Notes under the pieces: model-generated | Databases searched by the model: none | What the model was told of the DNA's origin: nothing | Seen by the model: the letters and a program-made list of their open reading frames with translations, nothing else | Program-made: the position numbers and the translations under genes | Part shown: positions 9,573-17,383 of the stretch, piece by piece | How positions within the stretch are numbered: position 1 is the first letter of the stretch | Layout of the letters: each line of letters opens with the position of its first letter | Origin: a virus | Lineage: Duplodnaviria; Caudoviricetes | DNA: 26,809 bases | Reading direction: 5' to 3' (one strand) | IMG/VR virus record: IMGVR_UViG_3300024038_000005 | Coordinates: 1 to 26,809 of that record

Positions 9573-10099
9573 CAACCCTGCCCCCCATCCTTGCGTCCAG
9601 TCAGGTCACGCCGGACAACCCTGGGTCGCTGGATGGTCAGCTTGTCGTTCAACATGCCCAGGTGGCGCATGGCCAGGGCGAGCGCGGCATCCTTGCTGAA
9701 GGTCTTGGCCTTCCTGGTCATCCCGATAACCTCGCGGTCTTCTCCCCGGCCGGCAAACTCTTCCAGGCTCTCCAACTGCGCCACCGCGGCTGCGGTGTCG
9801 TCGTCCAACTCATGCGGCGCCTTCAGTTGGCCGTCCTCGTGATATAGCCGCCTGATGTCGAAGAACGCCAGACGCGCCAGCTCCTGTAGCACCCGGTCCT
9901 GGGTGATATGGGTGCGCTGCTCGCGGGCCTTTTGACCAGCGCGGACCGCCTCGGCGACGTGAACATTTGTCAATAGACGATTGCCAATGTGGCGCGCGGT
10001 CTTCTGGCTATACCCGGCGCGGATGGCCGCCTGCGCAGCGTTCAGATCAACTAGGTACTCGGCCACGAATCGGGCCTGCTTTGGGTTCAGTTTGGTCAT
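9572..10099 (-). CDS. terS: Terminase small subunit
   Basis: 'LNPKQARFVAEYLVDLNAAQAAIRAGYSQKTA' Terminase_2 signature. Confidence 0.93.
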   Translation of the reverse strand: MTKLNPKQARFVAEYLVDLNAAQAAIRAGYSQKTARHIGNRLLTNVHVAEAVRAGQKAREQRTHITQDRVLQELARLAFFDIRRLYHEDGQLKAPHELDDDTAAAVAQLESLEEFAGRGEDREVIGMTRKAKTFSKDAALALAMRHLGMLNDKLTIQRPRVVRRDLTGRKDGGQG

Positions 10100-10509
10100 T
10101 CTTCGAATCCCGGCAGGGAGAGGGTTTCCCCGGACGCAACGACGCGACGCGGGCGTTTGTTCAGCAGTTGCAGCAGCGCGGGCACGGATAGGCCGAACGC
10201 CTGAGCTACTGCAGGTAGGTGTTCGGTGGGCATGTGGCTGGCCTGGCGGCTGCGCGGGCGGCGCTCGGCGATGCGGCGCATTTCAGCCGGCCGGCGCGGG
10301 GCGGCGATTCGGTCGCGCCCGGTACGCTCTTCCCAAAGGGACAGGAGGATTTCCCCACGCCAGTGCGCCGGAGAAGCCCCGGCCAGGTACTGGCGGACCA
10401 TAGACTCGCCCACGGCATGCCCCATGCTACGGGCAATCTCATGCTGGCCCATGCCACAACGGCGCAGGTCCAGGATGATTTCGGGCCAATCGAAGTCCGT
10501 CAGGCGCAT
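10096..10509 (-). CDS. HTH-containing protein, possible late regulator
   Basis: 'DWPEIILDLRRCGMGQHEIARSMGHAVGESMVRQYLAGASP' is HTH-like; sits directly upstream of terS. Confidence 0.65.
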   Translation of the reverse strand: MRLTDFDWPEIILDLRRCGMGQHEIARSMGHAVGESMVRQYLAGASPAHWRGEILLSLWEERTGRDRIAAPRRPAEMRRIAERRPRSRQASHMPTEHLPAVAQAFGLSVPALLQLLNKRPRRVVASGETLSLPGFEE

Positions 10510-10512
10510 GCG

Positions 10513-10896
10513 TCAGGCGCCTCCCCGCCGGCCGCCCGAGAGCGACGGCGTCTTCGGCTGCGCTGCCAGCGCTCGGTCACCGTTCAGGCGCAGGCCGACC
10601 GATGACAGGCTGAGCGCTGGACGCGCCATGGCATTGCTGGTGCGCGGCGCAGCGACGAAGACCGGGATATCCAGGTCCAGCGCCTTGGTCTTCCGCGGCC
10701 TGGTGCGGACGCGCTCCCGCTTCGGTTTGGGCAACTCCACAATCGGCTCCGCTTGGCCGTAGTGCACCAGTCCCTCGCGGATAGTCGCCTCCAGCCAGCG
10801 GTTGAAGGCTGCGCGAGGGGTCGGGCCCGTGCTCATGGAATCGTCGGACTGGCAGCGCCATACGCCACCGATGAGCTTGATGTGCGGTTTGTTCAT
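10513..10896 (-). CDS. Hypothetical phage protein (MNKPHIKLIGGVWRC...)
   Basis: ATG at 10896 overlaps the upstream TGA; SD AGGAG. Confidence 0.65.
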   Translation of the reverse strand: MNKPHIKLIGGVWRCQSDDSMSTGPTPRAAFNRWLEATIREGLVHYGQAEPIVELPKPKRERVRTRPRKTKALDLDIPVFVAAPRTSNAMARPALSLSSVGLRLNGDRALAAQPKTPSLSGGRRGGA

Positions 10897-11861
10897 GCTT
10901 TGCGCTCCTGTTCCACCGCGCCGCCCTTGCGCTTGGCCTTGGGCTTGGCCGCAGGAGCGGACCATTCCCCTTTCTCGCTAGCGATGGCCAGATGCAGGAT
11001 CGCCAACGCGTCGGCGTTGTTGTCGTCCACGGTCCGGAAGCCGCGCACCCTGGCCTGCGCCACCATGTCGTCCTTCTTGGCCACGCCGGAGCCGGTCCAG
11101 TGCTTCTTGATCTGCCCGACGCCAAAGGGGACGAGCGCCACGCGGTGCTGGTCGGCCACCATTTCGAGCATGGCGCGAAAACCGCCGTAGGCGTGCGCGG
11201 CCAGCACCTGGCCCGGGCCGTGGCGCTTGACGTCCTCGAATGCGATCTGCGTGATGTTGTGCTCGGTGATCGTCGTCGACAGCCAGGACCTGAAGCGCAG
11301 CCATTTCTGGCCCGGAGCCCAGCTCGCCCGTGGCGTGAAATCCTCCGTACCGTGCAGCAGCGTGGCGTCCCGGCGGCGCAGCGCGAAGCCCGTTTTGGCA
11401 CCCAGGTCCAGGGCCAGGATATTGACGTTTAGGCCCGGGGTGGGCGCCACCGTAGAACCAGCATCGGCGTGGCGTGGCGAGGCATCGGGGGCTGTTTCAG
11501 CACCGCCCTGCGCCCACGGGTCCAGCGCGCGCGCGAAGCTGTCCGATGCGGCACGCAGTGCGCATGGGCAAAGCTTCTCTCCCGGCTGCGGGCCGACGCA
11601 ATGGCAAGGCGTGGGGACGTTCGTCGGGCCGGGCAGGCTCCGGGAATCCGGCGCGAAGCTGTCCGGGGCTGTGCTGCGAGCCAGCGCCACCAGTTGCCCG
11701 GCACGCTGCATTGTCATCCCGATCGGCACTCGTAGCGCCTGCTTCGGATCAGCATTGCGGGCCTTCTCGAGGAACTCTCGTTCGTGCTGCGAGGCCAGCG
11801 TGCCCTGCATCGGATCCAGCGCCACGTCGGCGGATTGGGGGGTGAGGTTGGGTGGGGTCAT
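10893..11861 (-). CDS. RuvC-like Holliday junction resolvase with a ~150-aa N-terminal extension
   Basis: C-terminal 'ILALDLGAKTGFA...IAFEDV...IKKHWTGSGVAKKDDMV...DDNNADALAIL' carries the RuvC catalytic motifs. Start at 11861 by ATGA overlap. Confidence 0.82.
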   Translation of the reverse strand: MTPPNLTPQSADVALDPMQGTLASQHEREFLEKARNADPKQALRVPIGMTMQRAGQLVALARSTAPDSFAPDSRSLPGPTNVPTPCHCVGPQPGEKLCPCALRAASDSFARALDPWAQGGAETAPDASPRHADAGSTVAPTPGLNVNILALDLGAKTGFALRRRDATLLHGTEDFTPRASWAPGQKWLRFRSWLSTTITEHNITQIAFEDVKRHGPGQVLAAHAYGGFRAMLEMVADQHRVALVPFGVGQIKKHWTGSGVAKKDDMVAQARVRGFRTVDDNNADALAILHLAIASEKGEWSAPAAKPKAKRKGGAVEQERKA

Positions 11862-12799
11862 GCAAGGCTCCCGATCATATCGATGGGTTGGCGACGCTTG
11901 TCGCTGGTGAATTGCAGGCTGTCGGCGTGGCGCCAGAGGTTGATGCGCCCTTCCCACTCGCCGTGGCGGTTCTTGTCGCAGATGAGCACCGTGTCGGGCA
12001 GATCGAGTGTGTCGGCGGATACCTCGCCGCTCAGACGCAGTTCGGATTCGGCCGTGCGCTCCTTGCGCTTGTTGCGCCACACGGTAAGCATCTGGTCCAC
12101 CTGGTCGACAATGGCGCCCGAACCCTTGGCAGAGAACTTGCCCGGTACGGCGTCTTCGTTCTCACCCTTCTTGGCGTGGTGCACTAGGTGGATGTGCATG
12201 CCCAGGTCTCGCGCCAGCGTGCAGAGCATGTCCACGAAATCCTTCTGGCCGTTGTAGTCGTCCTCGCCGCGCACGCACTTCATCAGGCTGTCAATGACCA
12301 GATGGCGCACCTTCAGGCGGTCAGCGCAGTACCGTGCCACTGCGTAGAGCATGGCCGGCTTGACCGTGCCCTGTTGGTCGTACAGCCAGAGGCGGTCCCG
12401 CGACCAGTCGATGAGACGGTCAACGGCCTGGATGCTCGGGCGGTTGTTCATCGCGGTTTGGCGCAGCATGCGCTTGAGGGTCGACTGGGGTTTCATTTCG
12501 AACGAGGCGATGCACACGCGCTCGTCCTGGGCGGCAAAGCCGATGCAAGCCTGGCCCAGCAGTTCGCTCTTGCCGTGGCCGTTGATGCCCTGCCACAGTG
12601 ACACCTCGCCGGCCCGGAAGCGCAGCAGGTCGTGCGTCTTGGCCCACGGCAACTTCGCGCCAGTGATCTGCTCGCCGTGCTCGACGGCACGCGCCAGATC
12701 GTCGCGCCAGGCTTCGGCGGCCAGCACCTTGGCCTGCGGCTCCGTGGCTTCCATGTACGCCTGGAAGTCGATGTCATCGGGGGTGAGGATCTGGCTCAT
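11858..12799 (-). CDS. Replicative DNA helicase (SF4; DnaB C-terminal / T7 gp4 helicase-like, no primase domain)
   Basis: Walker A GINGHGKS, 'IASFEM', 'LVIDSL', 'HIHLVHH' and 'KNRHG'; start at 12799 by ATGA overlap. Confidence 0.88.
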   Translation of the reverse strand: MSQILTPDDIDFQAYMEATEPQAKVLAAEAWRDDLARAVEHGEQITGAKLPWAKTHDLLRFRAGEVSLWQGINGHGKSELLGQACIGFAAQDERVCIASFEMKPQSTLKRMLRQTAMNNRPSIQAVDRLIDWSRDRLWLYDQQGTVKPAMLYAVARYCADRLKVRHLVIDSLMKCVRGEDDYNGQKDFVDMLCTLARDLGMHIHLVHHAKKGENEDAVPGKFSAKGSGAIVDQVDQMLTVWRNKRKERTAESELRLSGEVSADTLDLPDTVLICDKNRHGEWEGRINLWRHADSLQFTSDKRRQPIDMIGSLA

Positions 12800-13167
12800 G
12801 CGGGGAACTCCTGGGTGTCTTGGGCCGGCTGCCAGACGATCAGCCCCCACTGGCCGGAGGCGATGACCTTGGCCGGCGAGCACTCGGACACGCGGCGCAT
12901 CAGTTGCAGGGCGCGCCGACGATTCGGCGTGAGGATGTGGACGACGAGGCCAACCACCACGCGCAGGTCCAGCGCCGCGGCATTCTCGTCGTCACGGATG
13001 TGGATCTCGGGCAGGCCAACCCAGCGGCCGTTCGTCATCCGGCCAAGCTGGGCCTCGGGATGCGTGAAGCTGCCGTAGGCCTGCTCGGTCGGCAGGCAGG
13101 TCAACCAGACGTCGGCCGGCTGGTAGCCCGCCATGCGGGCAGCGATGAGGGATTGATGGCCGATCAC
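12796..13167 (-). CDS. Hypothetical protein between initiator and helicase
   Basis: GTG at 13167 overlaps the initiator stop (GTGA); its stop overlaps the helicase ATG. Confidence 0.65.
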   Translation of the reverse strand: MIGHQSLIAARMAGYQPADVWLTCLPTEQAYGSFTHPEAQLGRMTNGRWVGLPEIHIRDDENAAALDLRVVVGLVVHILTPNRRRALQLMRRVSECSPAKVIASGQWGLIVWQPAQDTQEFPA

Positions 13168-13967
13168 ACTGCCCCCACCCATGGCTGGTCGTTCCCCAGG
13201 ACGCCCTGTGGCGCCGTTTCTGCCTTCGGGGCGTAGAACGTGTCCCAGGCGTGCAGGATCGACTGGTCCAGCATCGTCGCCACGTCGTGGCCAGCACCGC
13301 GCAGGGTATCCAGCTTGCTCACGGCCAGTTTGCGGGCGGCGTCGGTCATCGGCTTTTTCTTCCGCCGCCGCATTTCCTCGAACTGCTTCCAGGGTTCGGC
13401 AGGAACCCACCCCGGCAGCGTCCAGCCCTCTCCCCCCGCCGGGGGGTTAGGGGGATTATCTTTTCCCGAAGGAGAAGATGAAGATGAAGATGAAGAGCCG
13501 TCACCAAAGGGGGGCTTAGGTGAAGCCTTGGATGGTTTCTTTGGTGCTGCCTTAGATGCTGCATCATTGCCTTCACCAAAGCGCGAACCTTCTCCGCGAA
13601 TGGTGCGGACATACTCGTCCTTCACCATGCGACTTGAGTACCAGATTGGCCCCGCTTGGGGGGTGATGAGATCGACCGGCTCGCCGTTCTTGCGACCGCT
13701 GCGCGGGGTATAGACGAAAGCCTCGGTCAGCTCTGCATCATCGCCCTTGAGCACGCCCTTGGACACCAGCGCCTTGACCAAGGCCACCGGGCAGCCTGCG
13801 GCCAGGGCGATTTCCTTCAGCGGCCAGCGCAGCACACCGTACTCTTCCTGGTCGTGCATCAGGCACATGATGTCAAGCCATGCGCCCTTCTCGGCGTGCG
13901 TGCAGCGGCGCAGGTTGCTGTTGCCGGTCCAGTCGCCGGGATAAAACTGAAAGGACGGGCGCTTCAT
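13164..13967 (-). CDS. Phage replication initiator (YdaU/DUF1376-like N-terminus)
   Basis: 'MKRPSFQFYPGDW...AEKGAWLDIMCLMH' N-terminus, Ser/Pro linker, and C-terminal 'W..FEEMRRRKKKPMTD.A...L..SI...W' domain; SD GGAGG. Confidence 0.8.
   Translation of the reverse strand: MKRPSFQFYPGDWTGNSNLRRCTHAEKGAWLDIMCLMHDQEEYGVLRWPLKEIALAAGCPVALVKALVSKGVLKGDDAELTEAFVYTPRSGRKNGEPVDLITPQAGPIWYSSRMVKDEYVRTIRGEGSRFGEGNDAASKAAPKKPSKASPKPPFGDGSSSSSSSSPSGKDNPPNPPAGGEGWTLPGWVPAEPWKQFEEMRRRKKKPMTDAARKLAVSKLDTLRGAGHDVATMLDQSILHAWDTFYAPKAETAPQGVLGNDQPWVGAV
13473..13581. repeat. Putative replication origin iterons inside the initiator gene
   Basis: Four imperfect tandem 12-mers at 13515-13562 (CTTAGGTGAAGC, CTTGGATGGTTT, CTTTGGTGCTGC, CTTAGATGCTGC), flanked by TCACCAAAG at 13501 and 13573, plus a GAAGAT run. 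Lambdoid origins lie inside O-like genes. Confidence 0.55.
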
Positions 13968-14587
13968 GCCGCCTCCGGATAAGCCATGCGGGCGGAATAG
14001 CCATCCCAGGCGGGGTAATGCTTCGACCCGACCTTGCGCCCGCAACAACGGGCACTGATAGTGCTTCGGTCTACACCAAGCGCTTGGGCGGCTAGCGTTG
14101 ACGATCGATACTCGACCCCATTGATGATCCAGCGCTTGGACACGCGCTTATTGCTGCTTTGGACGGACCAATCGGCCCAGCAGCAGTTGTCCTTGCTGTA
14201 ATTGCCATTGGTGTCTACGCGTTCAATGGTCATTCCCGCCGGCGCCGGACCCATGTCAGCCAAGAACTCCTCGAATGAGGCCCAGAGCACGCATATCCCG
14301 CGCGCCCCGTAATTCTTGAAAGACGGGTCGTTCGGATTGCCGCACCGGCTCTGCATCGCTTGCCAAGCCTTGTAGGTCGGCGCCCTGCTGTAGCCATGGG
14401 TGCGACGCGCGGCGGCTCTCCGAGCAATGCCGACGCAGCCGCAGGAGGTCGATTTTCCTGCCCGTAGCGCGCCGCGCTGCACCTGTCGGACGACACCGCA
14501 GACGCAGCGACAAGACGCCAGTGGGTTCTTGTGATGAGGGATGAGAGCAAGCACAGTCCACTCTCCGAATTGATCGCCAATGTTCAT
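13964..14587 (-). CDS. HNH-family homing endonuclease with a C-terminal HTH
   Basis: 'CRCVCG...SCGC...THG.S..PTYKAW.AM..RC.NP..F..YG.RGI.V...F..FLADMG...TIERVD.NG.Y...NC.WA...Q..NKR' pattern, then 'AAQALGVDRSTISAR'. Confidence 0.85.
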   Translation of the reverse strand: MNIGDQFGEWTVLALIPHHKNPLASCRCVCGVVRQVQRGALRAGKSTSCGCVGIARRAAARRTHGYSRAPTYKAWQAMQSRCGNPNDPSFKNYGARGICVLWASFEEFLADMGPAPAGMTIERVDTNGNYSKDNCCWADWSVQSSNKRVSKRWIINGVEYRSSTLAAQALGVDRSTISARCCGRKVGSKHYPAWDGYSARMAYPEAA

Positions 14588-14589
14588 CT

Positions 14590-15054
14590 CTATCGGCCTT
14601 CCACTTTTATGGCGCGCACAGCCGACCACCGGGTATAGGCCCAGTCGAAAGCCGCACGCTTGATTTCTCTGTCCAGGCCGCCCTGGTCGTATGCCTGGTG
14701 ACACCAGAAGCACGCTGGCACGGTCTGCTCGTCGGGGACCTTCAGGCCCATCCCCTTGCCCTGGTTGCGGTGGGCCGGCACGACGGTTTCCAGGCCAGCC
14801 GCGCCCCGGCACACGCCCGGGATCTGGAGGTAGCAAGGCTCATCGCGGCACGCAGCCAGGTACTTGGGTTCATGGCCGGCGCGCTTCTTCGGCGCACGGC
14901 GCTTGATGGCGGTGCGCTGCAGCGTGGACTGCCGCGTCAGGGCGGCGCTGGAGCCGCCGGCGAGCCGGTCATTCCCGGCGAAGGCCTGGGGGGTCCGCCG
15001 GAACGCGGTGGCGCGCAGCGGGATCTTGCGCTTGATCTCGGAGCGGCGCAGCAT
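14590..15054 (-). CDS. DUF1364/YbcO-like Zn-binding nuclease-domain protein
   Basis: 'CYLQIPGVC...TVVPAH...GKGMGLK..D...VPACFWCH..YD' signature. Confidence 0.8.
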   Translation of the reverse strand: MLRRSEIKRKIPLRATAFRRTPQAFAGNDRLAGGSSAALTRQSTLQRTAIKRRAPKKRAGHEPKYLAACRDEPCYLQIPGVCRGAAGLETVVPAHRNQGKGMGLKVPDEQTVPACFWCHQAYDQGGLDREIKRAAFDWAYTRWSAVRAIKVEGR

Positions 15055-15512
15055 CAGTCGCCCCTCACTTCCAGCAGTACGCCCCGGGCGGCGAAGTCAT
15101 CGCGCACCGCGTCGGCGTACTTGGTCAACTGGCGCGTGTTCATCCTGGACGTGACCGGGAATACACGCATCGCCAGCAGCTTGCGTTCGTACGGCAGGCT
15201 CTTGATGGCGCCGTCGTACGCCTCGCGGAATGCCTCGTCCTCAGCGCGCAAGATCGGCACGCCATGGTGCAGCTTGCAATAGCACTTCCAGCCCAGCGCA
15301 TCGTCTTCCGGCAGCGCCTGGGCTATCTCGCCATACCAGGCGTGGGAAAAGGCGTTCTGAGCGCGCGAACGCGGCTTCTGGCGCTCGCGGATCAACACTT
15401 CGAGGGGCGAGTCCTCGTCGAGCGGCAAACGCGGCAGCAGCTCCAGCAATGCTGAGAGCTGGCTTGGGCCGACCAACAGGAAGGACTTGGGATTGAGCAG
15501 ACGTTGGCGCAT
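15054..15512 (-). CDS. ninB: NinB/Orf-family recombination protein
   Basis: 'PRSRAQNAFSHAWYGEIA' and 'TSRMNTRQLTKY...FA..GV' NinB-like motifs. Confidence 0.75.
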   Translation of the reverse strand: MRQRLLNPKSFLLVGPSQLSALLELLPRLPLDEDSPLEVLIRERQKPRSRAQNAFSHAWYGEIAQALPEDDALGWKCYCKLHHGVPILRAEDEAFREAYDGAIKSLPYERKLLAMRVFPVTSRMNTRQLTKYADAVRDDFAARGVLLEVRGD

Positions 15513-15691
15513 CAGTGCCTCGTCGAGAATGCAGTGTGGCGGCCAATCACCAGGAAGGCCTCACGCAGTTGGGGGTTAAGGTCTTCGCGCAACATCATTT
15601 CCTCGTAGGCCTTGGCGCGGTCCCAGTTGTGCAGGCGCAGCGCTTCCTCGAAGGCGCGCTTGGTGATCGCCAAGGCTTGGTCATAGGTCAT
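15512..15691 (-). CDS. Hypothetical 59-aa protein
   Basis: ATGA overlap at 15688-15691 and TGATG coupling to ninB. Confidence 0.65.
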   Translation of the reverse strand: MTYDQALAITKRAFEEALRLHNWDRAKAYEEMMLREDLNPQLREAFLVIGRHTAFSTRH

Positions 15692-16062
15692 GCGGCCCTC
15701 TGGGCTATGACTTCTTCCATGATCGTCAGCCGGCCCAGATGGTTCAGGTACTGGCGGATGGCGTGGTTGCCCACGGCTTCCTCGAAGGCATCGATGCAAT
15801 CGGCGGGCAGATCCAGACGCGGCCGGTTCTTCCCATCCAGGGGTTCGGGATGCAGGTAGCTGCTCACGTGGGGCGCGTACAGGCCGCACTCTTCGGCCAG
15901 GCTGCGCTGGGTCATGTTCGGCCGGGCCCGGTGTTCCCAGGCAAGGCGCACGGCCTCGCGGAAGGTCTTGCATGCCGCCACAGCAGACAGCGGCAGGAAT
16001 CGCTTTCCGGCTGGCGCCGGCAACGAACTGGCGCCATAAACAACTGCGGAATGGGTGTGCAC
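15688..16062 (-). CDS. CII-position XRE/HTH transcriptional regulator
   Basis: 'MTQRSLAEECGLYAPHVSSYLHP' HTH; GTG start with SD AAGGA; lies downstream of cro. Confidence 0.75.
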   Translation of the reverse strand: MHTHSAVVYGASSLPAPAGKRFLPLSAVAACKTFREAVRLAWEHRARPNMTQRSLAEECGLYAPHVSSYLHPEPLDGKNRPRLDLPADCIDAFEEAVGNHAIRQYLNHLGRLTIMEEVIAQRAA

Positions 16063-16088
16063 TTCGCTTCCTTTAGGAAAAAATCATC

Positions 16089-16112
16089 GAGTTACAGCGT
16101 GAGTTACAGCGT
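16089..16112. repeat. Perfect 12-bp tandem direct repeat (GAGTTACAGCGT x2)
   Basis: Read directly from the sequence; intergenic between divergent starts at 16062 (-) and 16159 (+). Confidence 0.9.
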
Positions 16113-16158
16113 GGGCCCGGGCAAAAATTTTTCGTACCGACAACCCGAGACGAGAAAA

Positions 16159-16323
16159 ATGACCGAAACCGAAAAGCTTCTGCAGCACGCCCAAGACATC
16201 GCCCGCCGGGCCTTCGTGGACCCGAGCGAAGCCGCGGTGATGGACCTGTTCAGGGAGCTGTGCGTGGAGCGCGACCGTATGGCATGGGCCACCGATGGGC
16301 GCGACAGCGCGACGGTGCACTGA
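16159..16323 (+). CDS. Small hypothetical protein (54 aa), antisense to the PR operon
   Basis: ATG after GAGA; host-like codon usage; fills the gap between minus-strand genes. Confidence 0.6.
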   Translation: MTETEKLLQHAQDIARRAFVDPSEAAVMDLFRELCVERDRMAWATDGRDSATVH

Positions 16324-16438
16324 GCCATGGCGGCCCGAAACTGGCGAGAACCCCATCCTGCGGCTACGATCGGCGTTGCCCGGGCTACCCGGGCGTGGGT
16401 ACCAACCACTACCAACTTTCCCCATAGGAGGGGTTCTC

Positions 16439-16615
16439 ATGACTCGCGAGGAATACTTCGGAGCAGTAGCCGTTTTCCAGAAGCTCTGCGAACAGCAGCC
16501 GAATCTGATAGCGCCAGTAGTTCCCGGCGCAACGCTCGGAACCAATCTGGCAAAGACGATGGCCGCTTTCATCACCGAACACGTCCGGCTTCAGAAAGAG
16601 CTTCTGAAGGACTAG
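16439..16615 (+). CDS. Small hypothetical protein (58 aa), antisense to the PR operon
   Basis: Strong SD AGGAGG upstream of ATG 16439; its 3' end overlaps the convergent gene. Confidence 0.55.
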   Translation: MTREEYFGAVAVFQKLCEQQPNLIAPVVPGATLGTNLAKTMAAFITEHVRLQKELLKD

Positions 16616-17000
16616 CCCCGTTCAGAAGCTGCCACGCAAGAACGCCCGCCTCGGCAACGGCGCGGGCTGCTTTCCCTGGGTCGCCGTCAGCAGTCAGGCG
16701 CGCGACATCCACCGCCGCCAAAACGGCCTGCAGAATCACGTCGCGCTGGATGTCATGCGGGATATCGCCCGCTTTGATGGCTTCGCTCATCGCGACCTCC
16801 GGAATTGCTTCAGTCGAACTGGCACTCGTAGAGCACTGGTTATCCAGCCCACAGCCCTGCGTCTCGCTCACCGGCCGGTACAGCCGGTTTGAGCCGAACG
16901 GATACCCGTCCACCTTCACCAGCACACCGAACAGCCGGGCGACTGCGTGGACGGGCCACAGCCGCCACGTCGGGTATTGCGTCAGCTTTTGGTTACGCAT
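16572..17000 (-). CDS. Hypothetical protein after cro, with a possible internal start at 16790
   Basis: SD AGGAGG inside the cro 3' end; a second in-frame ATG at 16790 has GGAGGT. Confidence 0.55.
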   Translation of the reverse strand: MRNQKLTQYPTWRLWPVHAVARLFGVLVKVDGYPFGSNRLYRPVSETQGCGLDNQCSTSASSTEAIPEVAMSEAIKAGDIPHDIQRDVILQAVLAAVDVARLTADGDPGKAARAVAEAGVLAWQLLNGASPSEALSEAGRVR

Positions 17001-17286
17001 GGCTGGCCTCCTGCTGGGCCGGCGCGGGGTCGGCGAGCTCGGGCCAGATGCGGGCGAAATCGCTGGGTCGCAGATCCTGCCGCCGGCATTTGCCGTCGGT
17101 GATCAGCTCAATGTCGGCACCGTTCAGGCCGGCCAGCTTGTAGCCGTAGGCGATCTGCCGCAGGTAGCCGACCGACGTGCCGCGCGCGGCACAACGGGCC
17201 TCTGCCTCCGCTTTTGGGGTTTCCCGGAGCCACTGCAGCAACGGCTCGACCGGGGTGCGGGACTGGGTATGGGGATCTGTGCTCAT
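16993..17286 (-). CDS. cro: Cro/YdaS-like repressor
   Basis: 'CAARGTSVGYLRQIAYG...IELITDGKCRRQDLRPSDFARIWPELA' YdaS/Cro signature; divergent from cI. Confidence 0.85.
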   Translation of the reverse strand: MSTDPHTQSRTPVEPLLQWLRETPKAEAEARCAARGTSVGYLRQIAYGYKLAGLNGADIELITDGKCRRQDLRPSDFARIWPELADPAPAQQEASHA

Positions 17287-17293
17287 GCCTAAA

Positions 17294-17323
17294 ACTTTAC
17301 CTGTAGGTAATCTTCTTTGGCAA
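17294..17323 (-). promoter_or_regulatory. PR-like sigma70 promoter (TTGCCA-N18-TAAAGT)
   Basis: -35 at 17323-17318 and -10 at 17299-17294 on the minus strand, overlapped by the perfect operator. Confidence 0.6.
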
Positions 17324-17361
17324 GCAAAATGTTTACCCAGGGGTTGTTTACCCTCAGGCAC
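17297..17361. promoter_or_regulatory. OR operator cluster: three TTACC-N4-GGTAA-type sites
   Basis: TTACCtgtaGGTAA at 17297-17310 (perfect), TTACCcaggGGTTG at 17333-17346, TTACCctcaGGCAC at 17348-17361. The same motif recurs at PL. Confidence 0.8.
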
Positions 17362-17383
17362 GCTGCGGGCAACACTCCCGATC

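Noticed and set aside
16590-16602. Minus-strand AGCTCTTTCTGA as a nutR boxA
   Set aside because: Only the GCTCTTT core matches, it lies in overlapping coding sequence, and no clear boxB is adjacent.
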